Shown: positions 37,981 to 48,219 of the stretch, in pieces
Numbering within the stretch: position 1 is the first letter of the stretch
Layout of the letters: each line of letters begins with the position of its first letter
Origin: Planctomycetota bacterium
GTDB taxonomy: Bacteria; Planctomycetota; UBA11346
DNA: 64,000 nucleotides
Assembly: GCA_038231435.1 (NCBI GenBank)
Contig: JBBRLJ010000004.1
Coordinates: 64,001-128,000 of the forward strand
Direction of reading: 5' to 3'
Made by a program: the position numbers and the translations under genes
Notes under the pieces: model-generated
The model's input: the letters and a program-made list of their open reading frames with translations, nothing else
Database searches by the model: none
Told to the model about the DNA's origin: nothing

Positions 37981-39813
37981 TCACGTTGACTCCGCCGCCG
38001 TGGCGAACTGCCTATACAAATTCATATACACCCCCCCGCGATCCAGCAGCTCCTCGTGCCTCCCCCTCTCCACCACCTTCCCGTGGTCGAGCACCAGCAC
38101 CTGGTCCGCGTGCCTGATGGTGCTCAGGCGATGCGCGACCACGAAGCTGGTCCGTCCGGCGAGCAGCGTCTCGAGCGCGCGCTGCAGTCGCGCCTCGGTC
38201 ATGCCGTCCACCGAGCTGGTGGCCTCGTCGAGGATGAGGATGCGCGGGTCGGCGAGCAGGGCGCGGGCGAAGCACACCAGTTGGCGCTGGCCGAGCGAGA
38301 TGCCGCTGCCGCGCTCGCCGACGACGGTGGCGAAGCCGTTGGGCAGCGCCTCGATCAGATCGAGGCAGTTCAGGCGACGCGCGGCCTCGACGATCTCGGC
38401 GTCCGTCGCCTCGGGACGACCGACGCGGATGTTGTCGTAGATCGTGCCGCTGAAGAGGAAGTTGTTCTGGGCCACCAGGCCCATCTGCCGGTGCAGCGAA
38501 TGGCTGGTGACGCTACGCAGGTCGTGGCCGTCGACGAGGATCTCGCCGGAAGTCGGCAGGTAGAATTTCGCAATCAGGTTGATGATCGAGCTCTTCCCGG
38601 ACCCGGTGTGGCCGACCAACGCGACGGTCTGCCCGGGTTCGACGACCAGATCGACATCCAGGAGCACCGGCCTGCCGGCATCGTAGGCGAAGCCGACGCG
38701 CCTGAGTTCGACGCGGCCGCGGATGGGCGGCAGATCCGTGGCGCCTGGCGGATCCTGCCAGGCCGGCTTGGTGTCGAGCAGCTTGAAGATGCGTTCGGCC
38801 CCGGCCATGGCGGTGAGCGCCTGGTTGTAGAGGTTGCCCAGAGTCGGGATCGGGCCGAAGAACAGATTGGCGAGAACGAAGAACTGAAGGAGCGTCTCGA
38901 CGTGCATCTCGCCGCCCAGGACCCAGGTGCCGCCGATGATCAGCAGCAGCGCGGTGAACAGCTGGCCGTTGAATTCGAGCAGCGGCAGGAACACCGCCGA
39001 CAGCTGCGCGACGCCCATGCTGTAGCGTGAATGGTCGAGGATCAGCGAGCGGAAGAGACCGCCGTTGACGTCCTGGCGCACGAAGCCCTGGGTGACGCGG
39101 ATGCCGTTGACCGATTCGGCGAGCGTGGCGGTCACGCGGCTGAAGCTCTCCTGCACCTCGCGATTGGCGCGGCTGAGCTTGAAGCGGAATTTGCGGTTGA
39201 TGGTCCACAGCACCGGCACCATCGCCAGCACCACCATGAACAGCTTCCAGTCCATCCACACCATGCACGCCGCCGCGCCCAGCATCTGGCCGAACTGCAC
39301 CACGCTGACGAAGGCGACATCCTGCACGCCGGCGCGCACCACGTCGACGTCCGAGGTGATGCGGCTGATGATGCGCCCGAGCCTGGTCTTGTGGTAGAAC
39401 TCCATCGGCAGGGTCTGCAGGTGCCGGTAGATAGCGTCGCGTAGATCGTGGACCACCGCCTCGCCCAGCTCCAGCGCAAGCCGCTGGCGGAAGTGCAGGC
39501 AGATGTTGGTGAACAGCGCCAGCGCGAGGTACCCGCCGACCGCCGATAGGATGACCTGGAAATCGCGCTGATCCTGCGGCAGCTTGTGCTGGCGCACGAT
39601 CAGGCCCAGCACCCAGCCCATGGCCATGCCCAGGGCCGGCAGCTGCAGCGAGCGCAGGATGACGAAGGCGTAGAGCACATTGCGCTTGAGCGCGTACGGC
39701 CTGGTGAACGAGAACATGCGCACGATCAACGCGTATTCGAGCGGACGCTGCTCGATCTCGCGCTCGCGCGCGGGCTGGATCTGCACGATGCCACCGAGCG
39801 GCTTGCCGGTCAT
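37981..39813 (-). CDS. ABC exporter ATP-binding/permease subunit
   Basis: TMD plus NBD: GHTGSGKS, ISLGQRQ, ILDEATS, AHRLST. Confidence 0.95.
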   Translation of the reverse strand: MTGKPLGGIVQIQPAREREIEQRPLEYALIVRMFSFTRPYALKRNVLYAFVILRSLQLPALGMAMGWVLGLIVRQHKLPQDQRDFQVILSAVGGYLALALFTNICLHFRQRLALELGEAVVHDLRDAIYRHLQTLPMEFYHKTRLGRIISRITSDVDVVRAGVQDVAFVSVVQFGQMLGAAACMVWMDWKLFMVVLAMVPVLWTINRKFRFKLSRANREVQESFSRVTATLAESVNGIRVTQGFVRQDVNGGLFRSLILDHSRYSMGVAQLSAVFLPLLEFNGQLFTALLLIIGGTWVLGGEMHVETLLQFFVLANLFFGPIPTLGNLYNQALTAMAGAERIFKLLDTKPAWQDPPGATDLPPIRGRVELRRVGFAYDAGRPVLLDVDLVVEPGQTVALVGHTGSGKSSIINLIAKFYLPTSGEILVDGHDLRSVTSHSLHRQMGLVAQNNFLFSGTIYDNIRVGRPEATDAEIVEAARRLNCLDLIEALPNGFATVVGERGSGISLGQRQLVCFARALLADPRILILDEATSSVDGMTEARLQRALETLLAGRTSFVVAHRLSTIRHADQVLVLDHGKVVERGRHEELLDRGGVYMNLYRQFATAAEST

Positions 39814-41678
39814 GGCTGATCCGCCTCGCGCAGGCGGCGACGCGTGTCGTCGTCCATCAGCTGCATCTCGGCGGCACGGAAATAGTGACCGCCGGCGCGC
39901 ATCAGTTCGTCATGACCGCCACGCTCGACGATGCGGCCGCCATCGAGCACCAGGATGGTGTCAGCGCGTTTGAGCGTGCTCAGGCGGTGGGCGACCACGA
40001 AGGTGGTGCGGCCCTTGATCGCCTTGTCCATGGCCTCGAGGATCTCGTGCTCGGTCTGCGCGTCGATCGCGGCGGTGGGATCGTCGAGCAGCATGATCGA
40101 TGGCTCGAGCAGCACCGCGCGGGCGATCGCCAGGCGCTGGCGCTGGCCGCCCGAGAGGTTCACACCGGATTCGCCGAGTATGGTCTGGTAGCCGTGGGCC
40201 AGTCCGACGATGAACTCATGCGCGCTCGCCACCCTGGCGGCGCGTTCGATCTGCTCCTGCGTGGCCTCGGGATGGCCGAAGGCGATGTTCGCCGCCACAG
40301 TGTGGCTGAACAGGAAGCTCTCCTGGAAGACCAGGCCAATGCGCCGACGGAGCGTATCCACGTCCATGCGCCTGATGTCGGTGCCATCGATGAGGATCTG
40401 CCCGCGCGTCGGGTCGTAGAAGCGCGGGATCAGGCTCATCAGCGTGCTCTTGCCGGATCCGGTTGCGCCGAGGATCGCCACGCATTCCCCTGGTTTCACC
40501 GCGAAATCGATATCGGTGAGTACCGGATCGCCGGCCTGGTAGTGGAACGATACCTGCTGGAAGGTGACCGCGCCCGAGATCGCCACGGGTTTGACCGCCT
40601 CCTTGGGGCTCTGGACCTCGATCGGGGTGTCGAGCACCTCGAACACCCGCTTGGCGCCGACCAGGCTCTGCTGCGCGGTGTTGGTGATGTTGGCGATCGA
40701 CGACACCTGCGCCGAGAACTGCGAGAGCAGGCCGACGAACACCATCAGTCCGGTGCCGAATTCCAGCTGATCGTCGAGCACCAGCCAGCCGCCGTACGAC
40801 AGCAGAACGGTCAGGCTGACCAGCGGCAGCATTTCCACCGTCGGGTTGTAGAAGCTCAGGCGCCAAAAGATGCGGCGCTGCTGATCGCGGACCTCGGCGT
40901 TGGCGGTCGCGAACTTGGCGTGCTGCTCACGCTCGCGCGCGAAGCCCTTGGTCACCTGGATGCCCTGCATGCTCTCCGTGAAGCCGAGGATCATGGTGTC
41001 CACCAGATCGCGGTTCTTCGCGTACTCGGGTCGCACCCAGCGCGAGAACAGGGTGGTGATGATCCACAGCACCGGGACGGTGAGCAGGCAGACCACGGTG
41101 AGACGCACGTGCAGCGACAGCATGTAGCCGAGGTAGATCGCCAGCGACAACACCATGATCACGCTCTGCATGAGCACGCCGTCCACGAACGCACGCACCG
41201 ACTGCACGTCACCGGTCACGCGATTGATGATCGAGCCGCTCGCGTTGGCGTCGAAGAAGCGGAAGCTCAAGCGCTGGAGCTTGTCGTAGACCTGCCCGCG
41301 CAGGTGGACCACGATCTCTTGCTGCACCAGGCGGGTGAGGGCCATGGTGTAGAAATAGTTGAGCACCGCGCGGGCCGCGGCCATGCCCAGCACCAACAGA
41401 CCGATCAGTCCGATCTCGGCGGTCGGCTTCCAGGTCGCTGGCGGATGCAGGCCGAAGGGCCAATGCGCGGGCTTGCCGTTATCGGCGTGCTCCTTGATGA
41501 CATCGAAGCCGAGTCCAATGAGCCCGAGGCCGGCGACGCCCAGCAACAGCAGCACCACCTGGTAGCTCAAGACCGCCAGGCATTGCCGTCGGTACTGCCA
41601 GCTGAGCGCGAGCAGACGACGGATGAGCCGACCGTTGTCGTAGGGGTCGGGCAGGACTGGACGCGGTGAGTCGGTCAT
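39810..41678 (-). CDS. ABC exporter ATP-binding/permease subunit
   Basis: TMD plus NBD: GATGSGKS, LSGGQRQR, LLDDPT, AHRLST; start ATG 41678 preferred. Confidence 0.95.
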   Translation of the reverse strand: MTDSPRPVLPDPYDNGRLIRRLLALSWQYRRQCLAVLSYQVVLLLLGVAGLGLIGLGFDVIKEHADNGKPAHWPFGLHPPATWKPTAEIGLIGLLVLGMAAARAVLNYFYTMALTRLVQQEIVVHLRGQVYDKLQRLSFRFFDANASGSIINRVTGDVQSVRAFVDGVLMQSVIMVLSLAIYLGYMLSLHVRLTVVCLLTVPVLWIITTLFSRWVRPEYAKNRDLVDTMILGFTESMQGIQVTKGFAREREQHAKFATANAEVRDQQRRIFWRLSFYNPTVEMLPLVSLTVLLSYGGWLVLDDQLEFGTGLMVFVGLLSQFSAQVSSIANITNTAQQSLVGAKRVFEVLDTPIEVQSPKEAVKPVAISGAVTFQQVSFHYQAGDPVLTDIDFAVKPGECVAILGATGSGKSTLMSLIPRFYDPTRGQILIDGTDIRRMDVDTLRRRIGLVFQESFLFSHTVAANIAFGHPEATQEQIERAARVASAHEFIVGLAHGYQTILGESGVNLSGGQRQRLAIARAVLLEPSIMLLDDPTAAIDAQTEHEILEAMDKAIKGRTTFVVAHRLSTLKRADTILVLDGGRIVERGGHDELMRAGGHYFRAAEMQLMDDDTRRRLREADQP

Positions 41679-41931
41679 GTGGCGGACGAGCCGTGGCGGC
41701 TGCGTGCGAGACCAGGGAGTGTAGACAGCGTCGAGCGAACGATAGGCCGGCTCCAGAAGCATCGGCCATGCCATTGCTTGCGGGGCTTTGAGCTCACCGG
41801 CGCTGGTATTTTCCACTCCCCGGTGGTCGATCCGTCGAAGAGCACCCTCGTACAACGTTTCGGGCTCGGCGATTGGAGGATGAAGGAGGAGCCGCTCCGA
41901 TGCTGCCTCACACGAAGGAGCCATACATCAC

Positions 41932-42606
41932 ATGCGCTGCACCACTGCCATCTCCGCCCTCACCGCCACCCTCGCACTCATGGCCATCCCCATGCCCAGC
42001 GCCGTCGCCATGGACCGCGACAACCAGGCGACCGTCAACCGCGCGACCGGAAATACCCGCCCGTCGCTCGGTCACGAAAATGCGCGCAGCGGCAACAGCT
42101 ACGAGATCAATGATCTGCGCGGCGAGATCGGCCTGCTGCCGAACCACGCCTCGAATGGCGTGCAATGGGATTCCAACATCCGCGTCGGCATCCAGGCGAT
42201 GCGTTCTACCGAGCGCATGGGGGACTATGGCGGCCTGATCTATGGCGGCGAGTTCTCAGTGAACTTCGCCAACGACCCGAGGGTCGACATGAACAGTGAA
42301 GTCTTCACCGGCATGGTCGGATGGGGCTACAAGCTGCAGCAGGTCGAGGGCCTGCATTTCGAGGGCACGCCGTTCCTCGGGCTCGGCTTCGCCCAGCTCA
42401 AGGCGTCGGGCGGCAACAGCGCCGATTCCCTCTATTACGAGTACGGTCTGCGCGTGGCCGCCATCTATACGTTCGAGAACCTCTGGCAGATCGGCGGCGA
42501 TCTGCGTCTGCTACGCAACCACGTCTCGCCCGATTTCGGCGGTGGCAACGTCGACATCAACACCAGCGGTCCGGCCCTGCTGTTCGTGGTCGGCAAGCGT
42601 TTCTGA
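41932..42606 (+). CDS. outer-membrane beta-barrel protein (about 8 strands)
   Basis: GAAGGAG upstream, signal peptide, alternating beta strands, C-terminal VVGKRF. Confidence 0.75.
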   Translation: MRCTTAISALTATLALMAIPMPSAVAMDRDNQATVNRATGNTRPSLGHENARSGNSYEINDLRGEIGLLPNHASNGVQWDSNIRVGIQAMRSTERMGDYGGLIYGGEFSVNFANDPRVDMNSEVFTGMVGWGYKLQQVEGLHFEGTPFLGLGFAQLKASGGNSADSLYYEYGLRVAAIYTFENLWQIGGDLRLLRNHVSPDFGGGNVDINTSGPALLFVVGKRF

Positions 42607-42650
42607 GTGCACGGCGGCGGGCGGCCCGCCATCCGTCGATCGTGATCTCC

Positions 42651-42685
42651 GCTCCCCGCGGCACCAGCCGCGGGGAGCTTCGTTT
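42651..42685 (+). terminator. intrinsic terminator
   Basis: 12-bp stem GCTCCCCGCGGC-ACCA-GCCGCGGGGAGC followed by TTCGTTT. Confidence 0.7.
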
Positions 42686-42744
42686 CGCCCAGGAGGGACT
42701 GGTCCGGGGTTGCGCCCGATGGGGATGCGGGAATCGTCAGCGCG

Positions 42745-43548
42745 ATGCGTCCGACGCTCGTCGCCCTGGATCTCGACGGTACCCTGCTGACCGAGGATTC
42801 GCGCCTGCCCGAGGGCCATGCCCGCGCAGTGCGCGAACTCACCAGCCTCGGTGCGACCGTGGCCATCGTCACCGGCAGGCCGCTCCTGACCACGGACTGG
42901 GTATGGCGCGCGCTCGGCCTGCCCGTGCCCGTGGTCTGCTTCAATGGATCGTGGGTCGGCACGCCAGGACGGACGCCGCTCGCCTGCGCCGCGCTGAGTG
43001 AGTCCGAAGCCCGCGCCATCATCGCCGAATTGCGCGCCTTCGATGGCGCGATCTGCGCCTATCCTGACGTGCACAGCTGGGTGATGGACCACGAGATCGC
43101 GCATACTCGCCGCTGGCGCGAGTATTATGGCGTGCCCATAACCATCGAACCCGCGCGGTTCGACGCCTGGCAAGGATCCACGCTCAAGCTGATGTTCGTC
43201 GCGCCGCCAGCCGCGATGGCCTCGATCGCGCCGCTTCTGCATGCATCCCTCGGCAAGCGCTTCTACGTGGTGCTCAGCCAGGAGGACCGCATCGAGATCC
43301 TGCCGCGCGGCATCACCAAGGCCTGGGGCCTCGAGCGCCTCGCGCGGCACGTCGGTGTCGCCCGTGACGACGTGTGGGCTGTGGGCGATGCCGACAACGA
43401 CCGCGAGATGGTGGCGTGGGCCGGCCACGGCTGCGCCATGGGCCAGGCGCCGCCAGGGCTCAAGCGCCTCGCCCGTCACGTGCTGCCGTCGATCCAGGCC
43501 CGCGGGCTGTGTGCCCTGCCGACGCTGATCGAACGCGAGTCGCGATGA
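42745..43548 (+). CDS. Cof-type HAD-IIB family hydrolase
   Basis: DLDGTLL, TGR, NGS, TKAWGL, GDADND..M. Confidence 0.93.
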   Translation: MRPTLVALDLDGTLLTEDSRLPEGHARAVRELTSLGATVAIVTGRPLLTTDWVWRALGLPVPVVCFNGSWVGTPGRTPLACAALSESEARAIIAELRAFDGAICAYPDVHSWVMDHEIAHTRRWREYYGVPITIEPARFDAWQGSTLKLMFVAPPAAMASIAPLLHASLGKRFYVVLSQEDRIEILPRGITKAWGLERLARHVGVARDDVWAVGDADNDREMVAWAGHGCAMGQAPPGLKRLARHVLPSIQARGLCALPTLIERESR

Positions 43549-44087
43549 CCAGCCAGACGGCCGACGACGGGACCTGGGCCTATCAATGGCCAGCGGGCGC
43601 CCGCCTGGCGCGCGACTTCGCCACGATCGTCAGCTGCGTCGGCCTGGCGGTGTGCGATCTGGGCTGCGGAGCCGGTGCGCTCGGCCGCGCCGCGCTCGCC
43701 GGCGGAGCGCGGTCGGTGACCTTCGCCGACGGCAATCCCGCTGCGCTCGCGTCGGTACACGCGGCCCTGGGCGCGATGGCTGACGACGCGCGCATCGAAT
43801 TCCATCCCCACCGCTGGGGCGAGCCGCTGCCGGGAGCACCGTACGACCTCATCCTCGGCGGCGATATCCTCTACCGCCCCGAATGTTTCGCCGACCTGCT
43901 CACCTCGATCGCCCATGGCTTAGGCGAACATGGACGATGCCTGCTGTCCGACCCGCGCAAGGTCCTGGAGCCCGAGTTGCCGATGTTCGCCGAGGAACGG
44001 GCGTTGACGTGGACGACCAGGAGGATGAAGGATTATACGTTGGTGGGGATAGCCAAGAAGATGGGAGAAGAGAAGACTGAAGGCTGA
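43545..44087 (+). CDS. class I SAM-dependent methyltransferase (Methyltransf_16-like)
   Basis: WPAG..LA, DLGCGAG, FADG, WG, DLILGGDILY; ATGA overlap start 43545. Confidence 0.85.
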   Translation: MTSQTADDGTWAYQWPAGARLARDFATIVSCVGLAVCDLGCGAGALGRAALAGGARSVTFADGNPAALASVHAALGAMADDARIEFHPHRWGEPLPGAPYDLILGGDILYRPECFADLLTSIAHGLGEHGRCLLSDPRKVLEPELPMFAEERALTWTTRRMKDYTLVGIAKKMGEEKTEG

Positions 44088-44175
44088 AGGCTGAAGGCTG
44101 AAGGCTGAAGACTGAAGCATCTGCCCCCTCTTTCATCTTCCATCTTCTATCTTCTATCTTCTATCTTCAGTCTTC
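44072..44175. repeat. inverted heptamer array element 7 (GAAG arm then CTTC arm), overlapping both convergent gene ends
   Basis: GAAGACT (GAAGGCT)4 GAAGACT GAAGCAT ... (CATCTTC)2 (TATCTTC)3 AGTCTTC; outer IR GAAGACTGAAG / CTTCAGTCTTC. Confidence 0.92.
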
Positions 44176-45158
44176 CCTTTTCCCGCCTTCTCCCTCTCCC
44201 TGACCCGTTCCAAAACCTCCTCCATCCGTGGCGTCCGCACCCCGAGGACCTTCGCCCTCCTCACCGGCTCCGCGAACATCGCCTCGGTCTCCATCGGCTC
44301 CCCCGCACGCCAATCCAGTAACGTGCTGGTGAGGTACGGCCCCATGCTCTCGGTGCGCGCAATCATCTCGCGCACCCAGTCATCACCGATGTGCGCGGCC
44401 GAACCGGCGGCCGACAGGTCCGCGTTCGCCACCGCTACCACCTCGCGCATGAGCTCCTCGAGCAGTGCGCGGCTCGCGGGATCGCGCATGATCTCCTCGG
44501 TCGACGAGCCCTGCTCGCCGAGGGCGACGCTCAGACCGTTGTAGGGGAAGTTCCAGACCAGCTTGCGCCAGCGCGCTTCCAGCAGGCAGGCGACGCCGTG
44601 GTGGGCGATGCCGGCCAAGTCGAGCAGCCCGGTAAGCTCGGCGACACGCTCGGGGCGATCCCGGAAATGCCCGACCAGCACTTTGCCATGTGCTTGATGA
44701 TGGATGCTACCATCTGCGCGGCGACGCACGCACACGTGGGCCACGGCGCCGAACACGCGCTCGGGATCGCACCACGACGCGAGCGCTTCTTCAACGCCCA
44801 AGCCGTTGCACATCGCGACGATGCGCGTGGATGCGCCGAGCATCGGATCGAGCAGCGCGCGCGCCGCCGGTAGGGCCGTGGTCTTCAGCGCCAGCAGCAC
44901 CCAATCGGGAGCGCCGCCTCGCGCGCATTCGGCGGGAGCGAGGCAGGCGTGGAATGCGCCCGGAGACAGGTGCAGCGACGCTCCGTCGCGCGCGCGCGCG
45001 ATCTCGGGAGTCGGGGTGGTGTCGATGCGGATGCCGTCGGCGCTGATGCGCGCATGATCGCGCCTGAGCAGGAAACGCAGATCCAGCCCCGCGAGCGCGA
45101 ACTGCGCGCCGTAGAACAGCCCGATCGCGCCGCTGCCGACCACCGCCATCGAGGCCAT
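44154..45158 (-). CDS. panE: 2-dehydropantoate 2-reductase (ketopantoate reductase)
   Basis: GSGAIG, LKTT, NGLG.E, W.KL.WN..YNGL, TSTLLD...G...E. Confidence 0.88.
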   Translation of the reverse strand: MASMAVVGSGAIGLFYGAQFALAGLDLRFLLRRDHARISADGIRIDTTPTPEIARARDGASLHLSPGAFHACLAPAECARGGAPDWVLLALKTTALPAARALLDPMLGASTRIVAMCNGLGVEEALASWCDPERVFGAVAHVCVRRRADGSIHHQAHGKVLVGHFRDRPERVAELTGLLDLAGIAHHGVACLLEARWRKLVWNFPYNGLSVALGEQGSSTEEIMRDPASRALLEELMREVVAVANADLSAAGSAAHIGDDWVREMIARTESMGPYLTSTLLDWRAGEPMETEAMFAEPVRRAKVLGVRTPRMEEVLERVREREKAGKGKTEDRR

Positions 45159-45164
45159 GCCGAC

Positions 45165-45170
45165 ATCCTA
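45165..45170 (-). promoter_or_regulatory. putative -10 box (TAGGAT) of leaderless panE
   Basis: TAGGAT, 6 nt, then ATG 45158. Confidence 0.55.
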
Positions 45171-45342
45171 CGCCGCAAACCAGCGCGCGCACCGGCGAGC
45201 GCCAGGCGGGGCTCCAGGAGGGTTGCCGCGCATGGATGCAACCACGGTCGTGCGAACGGTTTCTACGCGGAAAAACGCGGTATTGTATGCTCTCCTTGGG
45301 GGTTGTCTTGGTCACCTCGGATCACAAACTGCCGCATTCCCC

Positions 45343-48216
45343 ATGAACGTGCTCGCACCGCTGACCCACATCGCCGCCGGCTTCTACGTGCTCGCGGTGT
45401 TCCTGCTCGCCATCTATGGCGTTCACAGCGTGTGGCTGCTGCGCCTGTTCCTCAAGCACCGCCACGTCGCGAGCGCGCAGGAGCGCCTCGAGGCGGCGAC
45501 GCCACTGCCGGATGACGCCGACCTGCCGCACATCCTGGTGCAGCTGCCGGTGTTCAACGAACGCGACGTGGTCGAGCGCCTGGTAGAGGCCGTTGGCCGC
45601 CTCGACTGGCCGCTCGACCGCCTGCACATCCAGCTGCTCGACGACAGCACCGACGACAGCGTCGATATCGGCAGCGCGGCGTGCGAACGCCTACGAGCGC
45701 GCGGCCTCGACGCGCACAGCCTGCACCGCATCGATCGGCGCGGCTTCAAGGCCGGGGCGCTCACCGCGGGCATGCGCGACGACGAGTCTCCGTTCATCGC
45801 CATCTTCGACGCCGACTTCGTGCCCGAGAGCGACTTCCTGAAGAAGGCGATCAAGCCACTGCTCGCTGATCCGGATCTCGCGCTGGTTCAGGGACGCTGG
45901 GAACATCTGAACCGGCACGCCAACCTCCTGACCTCGGCGCAGTCGCTCGGCATCGATGGGCATTTCGCCATCGAGCAGGGAGCCCGCGCGTGGTCGGGCC
46001 TGGCGATGAACTTCAATGGCACCTGCGGGCTATGGCGGCGATGCGCGATCGTCGCCGCCGGCGGCTGGGAGCACGACACGCTGACCGAGGACATGGACCT
46101 CAGCTACCGCGCCCAGCTCAAGGGCTGGAAGTGCACGTACCGCACCGGACTGGCCGTGCCGGGCGAGGTGCCCGCGACGGTGAGCGCGTGGCGCGGCCAG
46201 CAGTTCCGCTGGGCCAAGGGATCGATCCAGACGGCGATGAAGCTGCTGCCGTCGGTGTGGCGTTCGCGCTGGAGCCTGCACGCCAAGCTCGCCGCGACGC
46301 TGCACATGACCCACTACCTGGTGCATCCGCTGATCCTGACGAGCCTGTTCTGTGCGCCGCTGACCCTGCTGCTGATCAATCATCTGCCGATCTGGATGCT
46401 GATGCTCGGGCTGTGCGGATTCCTGGTCGGCGCGGCGTCGCCGCTCACCGTCTACACGATCAGCCAGTTCGTGCTCTACGGCCGGCAAGGTTGGCGGAAC
46501 CTGCGCCATCTGCCGGCGCTCGCGGCCCTGGGAACCGGCATCGCCGTGTCGAATTCGACCGCGGTGTGGCAAGCCCTACGCGGCAAGCAGTCAGCCTTCG
46601 TGCGCACGCCCAAGCAGGGCTCGGTGGGCTCCAGCAGGCCCACCGGCAGCTATCGCGCGCGGCCGGCGAGCGGCATGGCCGAGCTGTTCTGCTCGTGCTG
46701 GGCGGCGCTCGGACTGGCGATCGGCTGCACCGGCGCGCACACCTGGATCACCCCGCTGCTCGGGCTCTACCTGTCGGGCTTCGCGTGGATGGCTTACTAC
46801 AGCATGCGCGAGCGCCAGGCTTTCGACCGCCATGCCGCTCGTGCCGACGCGCCCAGCGGTCCCTCGCCGATGCCGTGGCTCGTTCCCACCGGCATCCTGC
46901 TGATGGCGGGCTACGTCGCCCTCGGCCTCCTGCCCGGCTCGTGGCGTTCGTCGCCCGCATCGTTCGCCGGCATCGCGCTGGCGCTCGGTGGAGTCTATCT
47001 GGTTGCAGCGCGGGCCGTGCGCAAGCTCAACGGCGGTGGACCGACACTCGCCTGGATCGTGGTCGTCGCCGTGGCCATCCGCGTCGCCAGCCTGGGCATC
47101 GAGATGTCGGACGACCTCAACCGCTACGTGCTCGAAGGCCGGCAGATCGCGGTCGGGCAGAATCCGTACCTGATAAGCCCACTGGATCCGGCGGCGCGCG
47201 CGCTCGGCGACACCAAGTTCCCTGGCAGCGTGCTGCTCGCCGTGAACCATCAGGACTGGACCTGCATCTACCCGCCGATGACTCTCGGTTACGAGGCGCT
47301 GGTCACCTCGCTGTCGGTGCAGCCGTTCGCGTTCAAGCTCGCCGGGATGACCTGCGAGCTCGCCGCGCTCGGCCTCGTGCTCGCGCTGCTCGCGCGCCTG
47401 CGCATGGCGCCGTCGCTGCTGCTGCTCGCGGCGTGGAATCCGGTCGGTCCGATCTTCCTCTGCGGCGAGGGCCACAACGACGCGGCCATGGTGCTGTTGC
47501 TCGCGCTCGGGCTCTACCTGTCATCGGGCAACCATCATCGCCGCGGCATCATCGCCATCAGCCTGGCCGCGCTCGCCAAGCCGTTCGCGGTCATCGCTCT
47601 GCTGCCCATGCTGCTGACCCGCGGTTGGGCGTGGTGGCTGCTGCCGCCCGCCATCGCCGCGGTGGTGTACCTGCCGTTCCTGGATGCCGGCAAGCACCTG
47701 TTCTCGACCATGGGCCACTTCGGCTCGGCGCTGCACTTCCACGGCGCGCTCGAACCCTTCGCGCGCATGACACTCAGTCAGATCGTCGCCACCGACTCCG
47801 TCCAGACAGCGGTGGTGTGCGCGTTGGCCGCAGCCTGGATCGGCGGATCGCTGGTGATCCTCGCGCGCCATCGCCGCTCCCCCGACGCCCAGCCGCTCGA
47901 GCTCACGGTGCGCCTGCTGGCGATGCTCCTGGTGTGTCTGCCGACGCTGCACGCGTGGTACCTCGCCCCCCTAGCCCTGCTGCTGCCGTTCACGCGCTCG
48001 TGGGGACTGACGCTGTGGGTGGCGATGGCTCCGGTGTACTGGCTGCACGCCCTCGCCAACACCCAGCCCACGGACTTCCTCGAGATCCCCTGGGTCACGG
48101 CGCTCGCCCACCTGCCCGCGCTCGCCCTGCTGGCGTACGAGGCGTTCGGGCGACCTGATCCCCGTCGCGACGCGGACACCGCCGAGGACATCGTCCCCGG
48201 CACCCAGCCCGTCTGA
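45343..48216 (+). CDS. fused processive GT2 (cellulose-synthase-like) + GT-C (GT87/DUF2029-like) glycosyltransferase
   Basis: QLPVFNE, DDSTD, GFKAGAL, DADF, TEDMD, QQFRW; second half SDDLNRY..EGR..GQNPY, YPP, AWNP, GHND, KP with many TM helices; start ATG 45343. Confidence 0.85.
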   Translation: MNVLAPLTHIAAGFYVLAVFLLAIYGVHSVWLLRLFLKHRHVASAQERLEAATPLPDDADLPHILVQLPVFNERDVVERLVEAVGRLDWPLDRLHIQLLDDSTDDSVDIGSAACERLRARGLDAHSLHRIDRRGFKAGALTAGMRDDESPFIAIFDADFVPESDFLKKAIKPLLADPDLALVQGRWEHLNRHANLLTSAQSLGIDGHFAIEQGARAWSGLAMNFNGTCGLWRRCAIVAAGGWEHDTLTEDMDLSYRAQLKGWKCTYRTGLAVPGEVPATVSAWRGQQFRWAKGSIQTAMKLLPSVWRSRWSLHAKLAATLHMTHYLVHPLILTSLFCAPLTLLLINHLPIWMLMLGLCGFLVGAASPLTVYTISQFVLYGRQGWRNLRHLPALAALGTGIAVSNSTAVWQALRGKQSAFVRTPKQGSVGSSRPTGSYRARPASGMAELFCSCWAALGLAIGCTGAHTWITPLLGLYLSGFAWMAYYSMRERQAFDRHAARADAPSGPSPMPWLVPTGILLMAGYVALGLLPGSWRSSPASFAGIALALGGVYLVAARAVRKLNGGGPTLAWIVVVAVAIRVASLGIEMSDDLNRYVLEGRQIAVGQNPYLISPLDPAARALGDTKFPGSVLLAVNHQDWTCIYPPMTLGYEALVTSLSVQPFAFKLAGMTCELAALGLVLALLARLRMAPSLLLLAAWNPVGPIFLCGEGHNDAAMVLLLALGLYLSSGNHHRRGIIAISLAALAKPFAVIALLPMLLTRGWAWWLLPPAIAAVVYLPFLDAGKHLFSTMGHFGSALHFHGALEPFARMTLSQIVATDSVQTAVVCALAAAWIGGSLVILARHRRSPDAQPLELTVRLLAMLLVCLPTLHAWYLAPLALLLPFTRSWGLTLWVAMAPVYWLHALANTQPTDFLEIPWVTALAHLPALALLAYEAFGRPDPRRDADTAEDIVPGTQPV

Positions 48217-48219
48217 CCG

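Noticed and set aside
41679..41931. Riboswitch or sRNA between the ABC genes and the beta-barrel gene
   Set aside because: No recognisable aptamer consensus; only a plausible TACACT -10 (minus strand) and an SD; would need an Rfam scan
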